From: an uncultured Acidobacteriaceae bacterium
GTDB lineage: Bacteria > Acidobacteriota > Terriglobia > Terriglobales > Acidobacteriaceae
Assembly (NCBI GenBank): GCA_963830555.1
Contig: CAWHMM010000004.1
Location: forward strand, 424,064 to 488,063
Length of the DNA stretch: 64,000 nt
Reading direction: 5' to 3'
Both the position numbers and the translations under genes were made by a program. The notes below the pieces were generated by a model. The model searched no databases, had not been told where the DNA came from, and saw only the letters and a list, made by a program, of their open reading frames with translations. Positions 8,659 through 17,551 of the stretch are shown one piece after another (position 1 is the first letter of the stretch; each line of letters starts with the position of its first letter).

Positions 8659-9235
8659 CGGCCGCTCCGAGAGGATTCTTGCCTAGAAATCTCGCCATGG
8701 AAAGTTGCCACTTCAACTGCGGCTCGGCTGTTCGGGCTATGCCTTGCAGTCCTTGGCGGTTACCTGCGGTGATTTCATGTCTGCACATGGCAAGCAGTCG
8801 TTGGTCGCTCTTCACCATATTCTTTGAAAACTGCGTGTCGAACGCCTCGCCTTCCAGCACACTCAGTCGGCGCTCTTCTTCATACGACTCTGGGCTCAGC
8901 GTGGCTGGATACGCCGCCAAGCTATCCTTTTGGATTACAGCGTTCCGCACGGCAGCATCATCATCAATGATGATTTCGGCAAATCGCTCAATCCCCGGAT
9001 CTGAGCTTTTCAGTAAGGCGAGCCTGGCTTCCATCGTCTGCAACTGCTGCAACTCGCCGACAGAGAACACGAAGTTCGCGTCGGTCGCGCTCATGTGGGC
9101 ACTCTGGCGTGAAATTGCGGCAGGCACATCGGCTGGTTGCGTCACCAGAGGTAGCTCCTTCATGTCTGTGCCATCCATCTGGAGGACGAGGATCAAGGGA
9201 GCAGCAATGCGTACCAGCGAATACAAGGAAATCAT
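8645..9235 (-). CDS. hypothetical exported protein, DUF4142-like two-repeat helical protein
   Basis: 196-aa ORF with a hydrophobic N-terminus. Two repeats resemble DUF4142 (TDANFVFSVGELQQLQTMEARLA...ERFAEIIIDDDAAV and EGEAFDTQFSKNMVKSDQRLLAM). It overlaps the start of 7630-8658 by 14 nt on the same strand, suggesting an operon. The family call is tentative. Confidence 0.5.
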   Translation of the reverse strand: MISLYSLVRIAAPLILVLQMDGTDMKELPLVTQPADVPAAISRQSAHMSATDANFVFSVGELQQLQTMEARLALLKSSDPGIERFAEIIIDDDAAVRNAVIQKDSLAAYPATLSPESYEEERRLSVLEGEAFDTQFSKNMVKSDQRLLAMCRHEITAGNRQGLQGIARTAEPQLKWQLSMARFLGKNPLGAADDHD

Positions 9236-9507
9236 GTGGGTAACCGACCCTCAGAGCTCTCATGGCATCTTCAGACATGCAGAGCTCGGTCTCTCATCTA
9301 GGATGGCCGAAGTCAGGGCCAGATGGAACACGGTGTACACCAATGCATCTCACGGACTTATGACTCATCAAAAATTCTGTTGATGCTTCCAAACGCGCCG
9401 TCGCGGGTAGTGGATTATCACTGTACTGAATGGGTTTTTCAGCCGCGCATAACGTCACGCTCTGCTCCCTTCGGCCGGCGCATCTGAAGAGGCAATGGAG
9501 TTTAGAA

Positions 9508-11259
9508 ATGACGGCGTGGGCACGCTCACTTCTGGGCCGCTTCGGCTCGAGATCGAACGAGCATTCTGAGACTTCCCGAACGGAACGCGTGGGACGATCA
9601 AGCCCTTTTCTACTCGGCACACGGATCTCGTCAGATCTGGTAGCAGTTGCCGCCGGCACGCTCCTGACATACCTGATAATGGTTCGGTTTTCCCTCGGAC
9701 GTCTTCTCTGGGAGGACGAGGTTCTTGGGTGGATGCTGGTTCGTGACCCCTCATGGAAGCACATGTTTTCCAGCTGGATATCCGGAGCCGATGGTGGCGG
9801 ATGCTCGTTCTACCTGACAGGCCGACTATGGTTGATGGTTTTTGGGCAATCCGTTATGTCGTTTCGTGCCTATTCTGCTACGGGTTTCGCAATAGCATTC
9901 CTGCTGGCCTGGTGGGCTGCGCGGCGGTTCTATTCTGTACCGGTCGTCGCATTCGCTGCGTGTGTCACATGGTTTCTTTCGCCCGAATTGGTGGGCCACT
10001 TCGGCGAAGGACGATTCTACGGACTGTTTGTCGCTTCTACCGCGCTCGTGGTGTCGCTGATTATCAAATCTGCGAAGGAACCATACCCGACTAAGACCTT
10101 CGTAGTCGGCTTCTTCCTGGCGAATTCACTTCTGGTGACGTCGCATATCCTCGGCGTTTGCTATAGCGCGGTTCTCTTACTCGGACTGATTGCAATGGAC
10201 CGGGCCCAAAGGAATAGCCGCGGCCGTCTATACTTCGCCGTCTGCGCGAGCTGGTTATGGCTAATACCTAGCGCACCCGCGATTCTCGCATCGGCCGCGG
10301 TGGGAAAGCCTTATTTCTGGACGGCGCGCCCCACTCTGTCGTCATTGCTGTTCGCTTATACGGGATTCAGCCTACGAACTGCTGTAATCGGGTTGGTTCT
10401 CATTTTGCTGACTGTCGTTTTTTGGCGCCAGCGTGACCTTCGACTGGCACGTGTGGAGATGAAAGATCGCCAGGCGATTCTGTTCATCACTGGCGCGCTC
10501 TTTCTGATCCCACCCCTATTCGCCATTGAGAGCATTTTGGGCCCGTCAGTGTTCAACGGACGCTACATGCAACCAGTGGTGATCGCCACGCTGTTCGCAA
10601 TGTGCGAGGTTTTGAGGCAACTCTCTGAGGTTCATGTCACGTGGCTCAAGCAGGGTGTCTTGCGATGGATTGCTGCAATCGGGCTGGTTGGGATGGTGTT
10701 GCAATATGACTTGGCGTACCTGCCCCGTTACAGCTCAACACATATCGACTACTCCCGCTTGCTGATCTCCCATTTGCCTCGTAGGATTCCGATCCTGTGC
10801 GAGGATGCGTTCACATTCACGGAACTCATTGCGCGGCAGGCGGATCCGTCAGTGCAGTTTATGTACCTGCTGGACTGGCAATACAGCATCAGCCCATCCG
10901 CGCCGCGCCTGGAAGTGACTCAGTATCACCTTATGGAGAATTGGAAACGGGTCGGCTACTTCGCCGATCGTGTGATGTACCGTTCAGGGTTTCTGTCCGC
11001 ACACCCGTTTTTTATAGTGCTGCATACGAATGAAGATGAGCTTGCGACTTTATCCCGAAAGGCTCGACCGGGCTTTCGAGATTCTTTCATCGGCGATCCA
11101 TTGACCGCCCGGTTCGCGAGAAATCCTCTTTATCTAACGCTCCCCTTCGGAAGTCAGGCCATCGGTCCGCTGCGCGAGAGTGAGGCTCTGGTGTGCCGCC
11201 GTGACCTTGATTGCACGGCAATCCTCAAGCAGCTGAAGCAATCCGTCGTTAGTCCATGA
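9508..11259 (+). CDS. polytopic membrane protein, GT-C-fold glycosyltransferase-like (PMT_2/ArnT-like)
   Basis: ORF track 9430-11259. ATG 9508 has GGAG 7 nt upstream. There are many hydrophobic segments and an acidic first-loop motif RLLWEDEVLGW of the kind found in PMT/ArnT-type enzymes. The C-terminal third is soluble. Coding is confident but function is tentative. Confidence 0.55.
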   Translation: MTAWARSLLGRFGSRSNEHSETSRTERVGRSSPFLLGTRISSDLVAVAAGTLLTYLIMVRFSLGRLLWEDEVLGWMLVRDPSWKHMFSSWISGADGGGCSFYLTGRLWLMVFGQSVMSFRAYSATGFAIAFLLAWWAARRFYSVPVVAFAACVTWFLSPELVGHFGEGRFYGLFVASTALVVSLIIKSAKEPYPTKTFVVGFFLANSLLVTSHILGVCYSAVLLLGLIAMDRAQRNSRGRLYFAVCASWLWLIPSAPAILASAAVGKPYFWTARPTLSSLLFAYTGFSLRTAVIGLVLILLTVVFWRQRDLRLARVEMKDRQAILFITGALFLIPPLFAIESILGPSVFNGRYMQPVVIATLFAMCEVLRQLSEVHVTWLKQGVLRWIAAIGLVGMVLQYDLAYLPRYSSTHIDYSRLLISHLPRRIPILCEDAFTFTELIARQADPSVQFMYLLDWQYSISPSAPRLEVTQYHLMENWKRVGYFADRVMYRSGFLSAHPFFIVLHTNEDELATLSRKARPGFRDSFIGDPLTARFARNPLYLTLPFGSQAIGPLRESEALVCRRDLDCTAILKQLKQSVVSP

Positions 11260-11374
11260 CGATTTACTGGCGCATGTATCAGAGAGATCTGGTGACACCA
11301 CGAGAGCGTAACCGGCACTAGCGAGTTCGCTGACTGCGGCCCGATGTCGAACCGGACATGTTGACGAGCCAGAT

Positions 11375-11728
11375 TGGTGGAGGCGGCGGGAGTCGAACCC
11401 GCGTCCGAAATCGCTGTCAGCCGAGAGACTCCATGCGTAGTCGCGTTCCAAAGACTTCGCAACGGGCGCTTAGAACGGACAAGATGCGCACGCCGCTAGC
11501 CCGAAAATCTCATCTCCGCGGCCCGGACATAGCCTTGGAAACCAGCCTGCTGTGTGACGTCCTGACCTTGGCCCGCAGACAAAGCCTTGGAGGACGGCTA
11601 CTTATTTAATTAAGCAGCAAGTGCAAGATTGTTATTGGCAATCATTGTTTTTGCAAGCGATTACGGGTGCTCACACCCCGGCATGCCTCTCGATCCGCAA
11701 TCGATCCCGTCGAAACCGTGACGCCCCC
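11375..11728 (-). ncRNA. ssrA: tmRNA (transfer-messenger RNA)
   Basis: The minus strand reads 5'-GGGGGCGTCACGGTTTCGACGGGATCG... and ends ...CGCGGGTTCGACTCCCGCCGCCTCCACCA-3'. The acceptor stem GGGGGCG/CGCCTCC contains the G3:U70 alanine identity pair. A T-arm GGGTTCGACTCCC is present. The tag reading frame GCC AAT AAC AAT CTT GCA CTT GCT GCT TAA (11639-11610) encodes ANNNLALAA. Confidence 0.93.
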
Positions 11729-11856
11729 AACTCGGGTATACACGCCAGACGTGGCGATCGTAACTACTTGATAAGTATAGCATGGCGACCCACCCGTCCG
11801 GTCTTTTTCCATCACCGGATTAAACCCATTGCAAATCTCCCGGTTGCGAGAGTACA

Positions 11857-12264
11857 TTGCCGGCCCATGCCCCCACACTCGATGCAATCCAACGCAGTAT
11901 GCAAAGCACGAACGAGCTTTTTAACGCGGAGGTCTTCGGCAAACGGAACTTCGCCGCTCTCGATGACATCTACACGCGCGGCGCCCGCATTCTTCCACCC
12001 GGCGCTCCGATGATTTCCGGCCGCGAGGCAATTAAAAAATTCTGGACCGATCTGGTGCAATCGGCGAATGCAAAATCCGCCACTCTCGCTTCCGTGGACG
12101 TGATGCAGGCCGGTGATGGCGTGGTGGAGATCGGAAAGGCGACGCTTACCGTTGAGCCCTCCGGACAACCTGCCGCGCAGATGGAAGTGAAGTACGTCGT
12201 CTATTGGCAGCAGGAGGATGGCCGCTGGAAATGGCACGTCGACATTTGGAATCCGAACTCCTGA
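11857..12264 (+). CDS. SnoaL-like / DUF4440 (NTF2-fold) protein
   Basis: 135-aa ORF (TTG 11857; alternative ATG 11899). The pattern ...FNAEVFGKRNFAALDDIYTRGARILPPGAPMISGREAIKKFW...YVVYWQQEDGRWKWHVDIWN is typical of this fold family. Confidence 0.75.
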   Translation: MPAHAPTLDAIQRSMQSTNELFNAEVFGKRNFAALDDIYTRGARILPPGAPMISGREAIKKFWTDLVQSANAKSATLASVDVMQAGDGVVEIGKATLTVEPSGQPAAQMEVKYVVYWQQEDGRWKWHVDIWNPNS

Positions 12265-12285
12265 TCGAATCGTTGAGTCCGGCGG

Positions 12286-13758
12286 CTACACGAAGCGAAT
12301 CCGGCGGGAGGCCAGCACCACCATGCGGAGTAGCACCACCCCGTGCTTCCACCGCTGAATATTCGTCTCCCCGTACTTGCGTTCGCGATAGCGTATGGGC
12401 AGATCAAGGATCTTCAGGTTGTATCGTGCCGCTCCAAACAGAAGATCGAAATCGCCGAAGGGATCAATTTCGCCAAAGTACGCACGATTCTCAGCAATGA
12501 TCTGATAGTGGGTTTTGCTGAGGACCTTGGTTCCGCAAAGGCTGTCCTTCACGCTCTGGCTGAGCAGCCAGCTGAATGCCAGGCTGAAGAACTTGTTGCC
12601 GAGCAGGTTGAAGAAGCGCATCGCCTTGTCTTCCATGGGATAGACCAACCGAACGCCATTGATGAAGTCGCCTCGCCCTGTCCGCCATGCCTCATAAAAG
12701 CGCGGCAGGTCCTCCGGAGGAACCGTCAGGTCGGCATCGAGAATCATCAGCAGATCGCCCGCAGCCCGGTCAAAGCCCAGCCGCACCGCATCGCCTTTGC
12801 CGCGGCCTGTCTGCTTGTAGAGCTTCGCGGTACAGCCCGGCCGCGCTGCGATCTCCTGCTCAATGCGTTCATAGGTCTGATCACTGGAGTTGCCCTCGAC
12901 AAAAATCAGCTCCGTACCTGCTCCCATGGAAGGAACGCGATCGAGAATCGCCGGGATGTTGCCCGCTTCATTGCGTGCGGGAACGACGACGGTGACCAGA
13001 GGCTCCGGTGAGGCCGGGTACGCAGGCACCGGACGCGCCACGACGAAGTTCGTCAGTCCGAACCAGCGAAAGGGCCAGATCTTTACGAGATATCGATTGC
13101 AAAACGTGTCGAGCAGTGGGAGCCGCACAGGACACATGATCTCGGAAGAGGTTCGCACCAGTTCGAATCCGCCAAGGGTGAGCAGGTTCGCTATGTCCTC
13201 GACCGTCAGCCAGTTCTGGCTGAGCTGCGGCTTCGCCAGCCCGAGCCTCTCCGCCAGATGCCGCGGGCCTTCCCACAACCGGCTATAGCAGTTGATGAGT
13301 ATCCGCGTGCCCTGATGGCAATGCCTTGCGATCTGCTCAAAGACCGTCTGCACATCCCACAGGTCGTTCAGCAGGTCAGAGCAGAGGATGAAATCGAATT
13401 CCCCTTCGCACTGCAGCGAGCCTGCATCTCCCGTCTCGAAATGCAGCCCGGGGAATTTGCTTCGCGCTCGATCGATCAACTGCGAGGAAAGGTCGATACC
13501 GTAGCCGTACGCCGGCTCGAGCTTGGCCAGCAGTTCCCCATCGCCGCACCCGAGTTCCAGAACGCGCATGCCCGGCGGCACGGAGAGCTTATAGATCTCT
13601 GCCAGCCGCCGCTGATAGTAGTTGCGGATGCCCGCCCACCTCGACGCCGTTCGCGCGTAATCCTCCCAATAGCGCCGCCGCTCTTCCGTATATGCAGCGG
13701 ACTGCGCGGAAGGCCGCACATAAGTTGACTCAGGGGAGTGCATCTGGGAGGATGACAT
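12286..13758 (-). CDS. fusion protein: class I SAM-dependent methyltransferase + family 2 glycosyltransferase (DPM1/GtrB/ArnC-like)
   Basis: 490 aa. N-terminal SAM motif I MRVLELGCGDGELL. C-terminal half has VTVVVPARNEAGNIPAIL, ELIFVEGNSSD, MILDADLT (DxD) and LCGTKVL. No C-terminal TM helices are evident. Confidence 0.85.
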   Translation of the reverse strand: MSSSQMHSPESTYVRPSAQSAAYTEERRRYWEDYARTASRWAGIRNYYQRRLAEIYKLSVPPGMRVLELGCGDGELLAKLEPAYGYGIDLSSQLIDRARSKFPGLHFETGDAGSLQCEGEFDFILCSDLLNDLWDVQTVFEQIARHCHQGTRILINCYSRLWEGPRHLAERLGLAKPQLSQNWLTVEDIANLLTLGGFELVRTSSEIMCPVRLPLLDTFCNRYLVKIWPFRWFGLTNFVVARPVPAYPASPEPLVTVVVPARNEAGNIPAILDRVPSMGAGTELIFVEGNSSDQTYERIEQEIAARPGCTAKLYKQTGRGKGDAVRLGFDRAAGDLLMILDADLTVPPEDLPRFYEAWRTGRGDFINGVRLVYPMEDKAMRFFNLLGNKFFSLAFSWLLSQSVKDSLCGTKVLSKTHYQIIAENRAYFGEIDPFGDFDLLFGAARYNLKILDLPIRYRERKYGETNIQRWKHGVVLLRMVVLASRRIRFV

Positions 13759-13936
13759 GCAATAACGCTACCACTGCCGGCTTTCTGGTCAATACCCAGG
13801 TATCGACAAGCTGCACGCAGGTCTCCGAATTCCGGAATGGAGTGATCCCCTGAACCCACAGGAAAGTGCCGCCCCCGCAGATCACGAGGTCGAACTTCGC
13901 AGTCGACCCGAAGCGGATGTATACAGGGCTCTTCGG

Positions 13937-15229
13937 ATGTATGTAATTGCGCTGGTGGCGTTCACGGCGTTCGCCTGGTGTGTCGCCGGCGTCCGCGGAC
14001 ACATTCTGCACGAGCCGTACCCACGCAACACGGTGTTCTTCCTGCCCGAAGTCCGATTCTCGGATTTCACGGATCTAAGCGAACGCGTGTTTCATATGAG
14101 TGAGCCCCACGTTCTTTCACGGACCGATATCAAAGCCATTCACCCTTTTGTCGGTCCCTATCCTTACCCAGCACCATCCTTTTACGTTTTTGTCTTCTTC
14201 GTTCGTTTATTTCCGCTCCATTCCCTACGGGCGTATCTGATCTTCACTGTTCTGAGCTTCCTGTTCGCAACCTGCTTCTTTTCGCTGCGGGTCAGCCGCT
14301 CCACCCATAGAAAACTTCCGCAGGTCGCGATCTGGTCTACGCTTTTGCTGGGTTTTCCGCTGCAATTCTTGATAGACCGCGGAAATATCGAGGGAGTGAT
14401 CTGGCTGTTGATTTTGATGGGGCTTGTTGCCTTCACACGGAACCGGATGGTGATTTCAGCGATTGTGTGGGGCCTCGCGGCATCGATGAAGGTGTTTCCG
14501 GGCCTGCTCTTCGTGCTTATTCTCGCTCGGCGTAAGTTCGGGACATTTGCCGTCGGTATAGCCGCGACTGTTGCCTTTTCACTATTGGCTCTGGCCGGAA
14601 TCGGCCCTACCGTTCACCAAGCCGCTCGTGAAAGCTCAAGGAGCGCGGCCTTTCTAAAGAATAGTTACATCATTCCGGATGACACCGCTGGATTTGATCA
14701 TGCGCTCTTCCAGGCGGTCAAACATGTCATCTACATCGCAGAGGCATTCGACAAGCATCGCACTGCTCCGCTCATCATCAGCACCCTGCCGGCGAATCGA
14801 ATCGCATTGCGGATCTATAACATTGTGATCCCGCTGGGCGCTCTTCTGCTTTACTGGTTTCGCCTTCGCCATCTGCCGCTGTTGAACCAATTCATCGCCT
14901 ATGTCGTTCTTTGTGTCTCGTTGCCCTATGTTTCCGGTGATTACACGCTGGTTCACATGTACATAGCGTGGGCAGCGTTTCTATTGTTTCTGGTCGATGA
15001 CGTCGCGACAGGCCGGGTCAGGATTCCAGCCAAAGTTATTCACGCTCTCCTGTTGTCCTGCGTTGTACTCTTCGTGCCTCTCAGCTACCTTGAAATTGCT
15101 TACGACGCCAATCTCCATTTCCGCTTCGGGGCGCAGGTGAAGACGATCTTCCTCTTGATCATCCTTCTTACGGTGCTCCGTTTCCCCATGCCAAGTTCGC
15201 TTTTTGATGATCTACAACTTAAGCACTGA
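13937..15229 (+). CDS. polytopic membrane protein, GT87/DUF2029-like GT-C glycosyltransferase (paralog 1)
   Basis: 430 aa and highly hydrophobic. Motifs FLIDRGNIEGVIW and AASMKVFPGLLF are like DUF2029/GT87 proteins as I remember them. Clear paralog of 15259-16644. Confidence 0.6.
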   Translation: MYVIALVAFTAFAWCVAGVRGHILHEPYPRNTVFFLPEVRFSDFTDLSERVFHMSEPHVLSRTDIKAIHPFVGPYPYPAPSFYVFVFFVRLFPLHSLRAYLIFTVLSFLFATCFFSLRVSRSTHRKLPQVAIWSTLLLGFPLQFLIDRGNIEGVIWLLILMGLVAFTRNRMVISAIVWGLAASMKVFPGLLFVLILARRKFGTFAVGIAATVAFSLLALAGIGPTVHQAARESSRSAAFLKNSYIIPDDTAGFDHALFQAVKHVIYIAEAFDKHRTAPLIISTLPANRIALRIYNIVIPLGALLLYWFRLRHLPLLNQFIAYVVLCVSLPYVSGDYTLVHMYIAWAAFLLFLVDDVATGRVRIPAKVIHALLLSCVVLFVPLSYLEIAYDANLHFRFGAQVKTIFLLIILLTVLRFPMPSSLFDDLQLKH

Positions 15230-15258
15230 ACGGGAGCTACCTACTTAGTCGGAGCAAC

Positions 15259-16644
15259 ATGATCTCCTTTATGAAGCGCGACCCTTCCTTAGCTGCGTCC
15301 GTTGTGGAAAGTCCGAATTCGCAATGCGAAGCACGGATTCAGAAGTGCATACGATCTTACGTTCTCTTCCTCGTAGCACTCACCGTTCTGGCATGGTCGG
15401 TATCTCTCGTCCGTACTTACATCCTGCATGAACCTTATGAGCGGAGCACGCTGCTGGCTCCGGAAGCTCCTTTCACTGATTTCACTTTTCTCGGGCACAG
15501 ACTGGATCATCTTGGAGAAGCCGACATGCTCACGCGGCCCGATCTCGGTGAACCGTATCCCTACCCGACGCCCTCCATTTATGCCTATCTGATCTTTCTA
15601 CGCACATTTCACCACCATATATTCGCAGCGCTATTTGCCTATCTGTTATTTGCAGCTTCAGCGTTTACTCTCGCGGCATGCATTTTTTCGAAACAGCTTG
15701 GTCGTATTTCGTCGAACCGATTACCTCGGCTAGCGGTAGGAGTCACGCTGCTAACCGCGTTTCCCGTGATGATTATGATCGATCGTGGAAACATCGAAGC
15801 TGTCATGTGGGTTTTGGTGATCCTTGGACTCTTGGCATATTTGCGAAAGCGATTCCTGACCTCAGCGGTCCTGTGGGCGGTTGTCGCCGCTATGAAAATA
15901 TCCCCGGGCATACTGTTTGCGCTTTTTCTTGTCAGACGCAAGTACATGATGATTTTTGTCGCGCTGACCGTGGCAGCGGGACTTGCCGTGCTCTCCCTGA
16001 TACAAGTGGGTCCGACTCTACATCAGGCGATGGTAGATAGTTCGCGTAGTGCACCCTACCTCGTCAACACATTCATGTTGGGACGCCATTATCCCTGGTT
16101 TGATGAGTCGATCTTCGGCGCTGTGAAGGAAGTGCTCTCGGTCCATGCGTACATGACTAATGGCCACCACCAATTACCACAGGTGCTCCCCGTCACTCGA
16201 ACGGCATTGCGAATATACAATATCGTTGCACCACTGGGAGCTCTGCTCCTCTATTGGTTTTGTCTGCGGCGCTTGCCTTTGTTAAATCAATTTATCGCGT
16301 ACGTCGTTCTTTTCACGATTCTGCCTCAAGTGTCGTACGAATATAAGCTTGTGTACATATACCTAGTCTGGGGCGTATTTTTTTATTTCCTTCTTACCGA
16401 TGTCGTTTCTGGACAAGTTGCCATACCCGCACGAGTAATCAACATCATGCTGCTGTCCTGTGCGGTCATCTTCGCTCCGCTCAGTTTTCTTCGAGTAACT
16501 TATGGTGTGAGTATGCTGGCCTTTGGCGGGCAGATAAAGCTGCTGCTTTTGCTACTCATACTTCTGACAGTATGCCGCGTCCCCATGCCCAGTTCACTCT
16601 TCGGCGATCTGCAACTCCCCGCTGCAAAGGACGCCGCGGCCTAG
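15259..16644 (+). CDS. polytopic membrane protein, GT87/DUF2029-like GT-C glycosyltransferase (paralog 2)
   Basis: 461 aa. Motifs MIDRGNIEAVMW and VAAMKISPGILF. Shares long identical blocks with paralog 1 (ALRIYNIV.PLGALLLYWF.LR.LPLLNQFIAYVVL; PMPSSLF.DLQL). Confidence 0.6.
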   Translation: MISFMKRDPSLAASVVESPNSQCEARIQKCIRSYVLFLVALTVLAWSVSLVRTYILHEPYERSTLLAPEAPFTDFTFLGHRLDHLGEADMLTRPDLGEPYPYPTPSIYAYLIFLRTFHHHIFAALFAYLLFAASAFTLAACIFSKQLGRISSNRLPRLAVGVTLLTAFPVMIMIDRGNIEAVMWVLVILGLLAYLRKRFLTSAVLWAVVAAMKISPGILFALFLVRRKYMMIFVALTVAAGLAVLSLIQVGPTLHQAMVDSSRSAPYLVNTFMLGRHYPWFDESIFGAVKEVLSVHAYMTNGHHQLPQVLPVTRTALRIYNIVAPLGALLLYWFCLRRLPLLNQFIAYVVLFTILPQVSYEYKLVYIYLVWGVFFYFLLTDVVSGQVAIPARVINIMLLSCAVIFAPLSFLRVTYGVSMLAFGGQIKLLLLLLILLTVCRVPMPSSLFGDLQLPAAKDAAA

Positions 16645-17531
16645 ATGAGCGGGGCCAGGGAGAAGATCAGATCGACGTAACCCTTGGCGATGAGCTCATC
16701 GCTCAAACCGCGGCTCAACTCGCCACCCTTGCCGAGGGAATACATCTGGAATTCCCGTTCGCGGAACCAGTCCAGCAGCGAACTTGCCTGGTAGCCCAGT
16801 TCCTCAAGAGCCTGAGGCATGTACTCGACGGCCACAGCTGCCTTCGGCTCGCGTGCCACTGTGGCCGCCATTCCACGGCACACGGATAACTCGTATCCCT
16901 GCACATCGATCTTGATGAAGCGAACAGGCCGCCGGTGCTCTCTCTCCGCGAGAAAACCGTCCACACTGACGATCGGAACGCTCACGTAGCCGCTTTCACC
17001 TTTCACTTGAGTCGCCCGCAGGTTGTCGGTGGCGATCCGGTGATCGGCATGGTGATGATCATTGATCCACAGTTCGATCGTGCCGCTCTGCTCTCCCACG
17101 GCCGAGTGAACGGGCACCACTTTCTCCTGCAACTTTCGGCTACGGATGCTGTCCTCGAGCAACCGGAAGTTGAAAGGCTCCGGCTCAAAGGCGTAGACGG
17201 CGGCATCGGCATCGGCAGCCTGGGCAAACAGCGCTGCGGTGTAGCCGATGTTTGCGCCGATATCCAGAATGTCCCCGCCGCGAAAAAGCTCCGGCCGCCT
17301 CCGGGCGAGCGCAGCAAACGGATCTTCCAGGTATCGCTTGTAGAGGAAATACGAGGAGGTGAACAGCTTCCTGCCCAGACCGGTCTCGAGGAGACCCGAT
17401 CTACGCGTAAGCGAATAGAGTCCGGTGACGGCGCGCGCTTGCGAAGGGGAGATTGCCATATGTTGCAGCCAAGTGTAGCTCGCATAGGGTGAGAGTCCAC
17501 CGCTCCGCCTGCGAAAACTTATAATCACCAT
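16641..17531 (-). CDS. FkbM family methyltransferase
   Basis: 296 aa. GGDILDIGANIGYTAALFA, VYAFEPEPFNF and FIKIDVQGYEL are typical FkbM-family blocks. An alternative internal start is at 17459. Confidence 0.85.
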   Translation of the reverse strand: MVIISFRRRSGGLSPYASYTWLQHMAISPSQARAVTGLYSLTRRSGLLETGLGRKLFTSSYFLYKRYLEDPFAALARRRPELFRGGDILDIGANIGYTAALFAQAADADAAVYAFEPEPFNFRLLEDSIRSRKLQEKVVPVHSAVGEQSGTIELWINDHHHADHRIATDNLRATQVKGESGYVSVPIVSVDGFLAEREHRRPVRFIKIDVQGYELSVCRGMAATVAREPKAAVAVEYMPQALEELGYQASSLLDWFREREFQMYSLGKGGELSRGLSDELIAKGYVDLIFSLAPLI

Positions 17532-17551
17532 CGGAGGATCACCGTCCCGGC

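Noticed and set aside
1545-11374. Genomic island bounded by the 3' ends of tRNA-Ser and tmRNA
   Set aside because: The geometry is suggestive. However, I found no integrase or recombinase gene and no mobility genes. By eye I found no duplicated copy of either RNA 3' end (att repeat) in the interval. It is kept only as a low-priority check under the tmRNA and composition findings.
11358-12013. ORFs 11358-11609 (+), 11621-12013 (+) and 11642-11887 (-)
   Set aside because: They overlap the tmRNA gene and its promoter region. The RNA gene explains the sequence conservation pattern far better.
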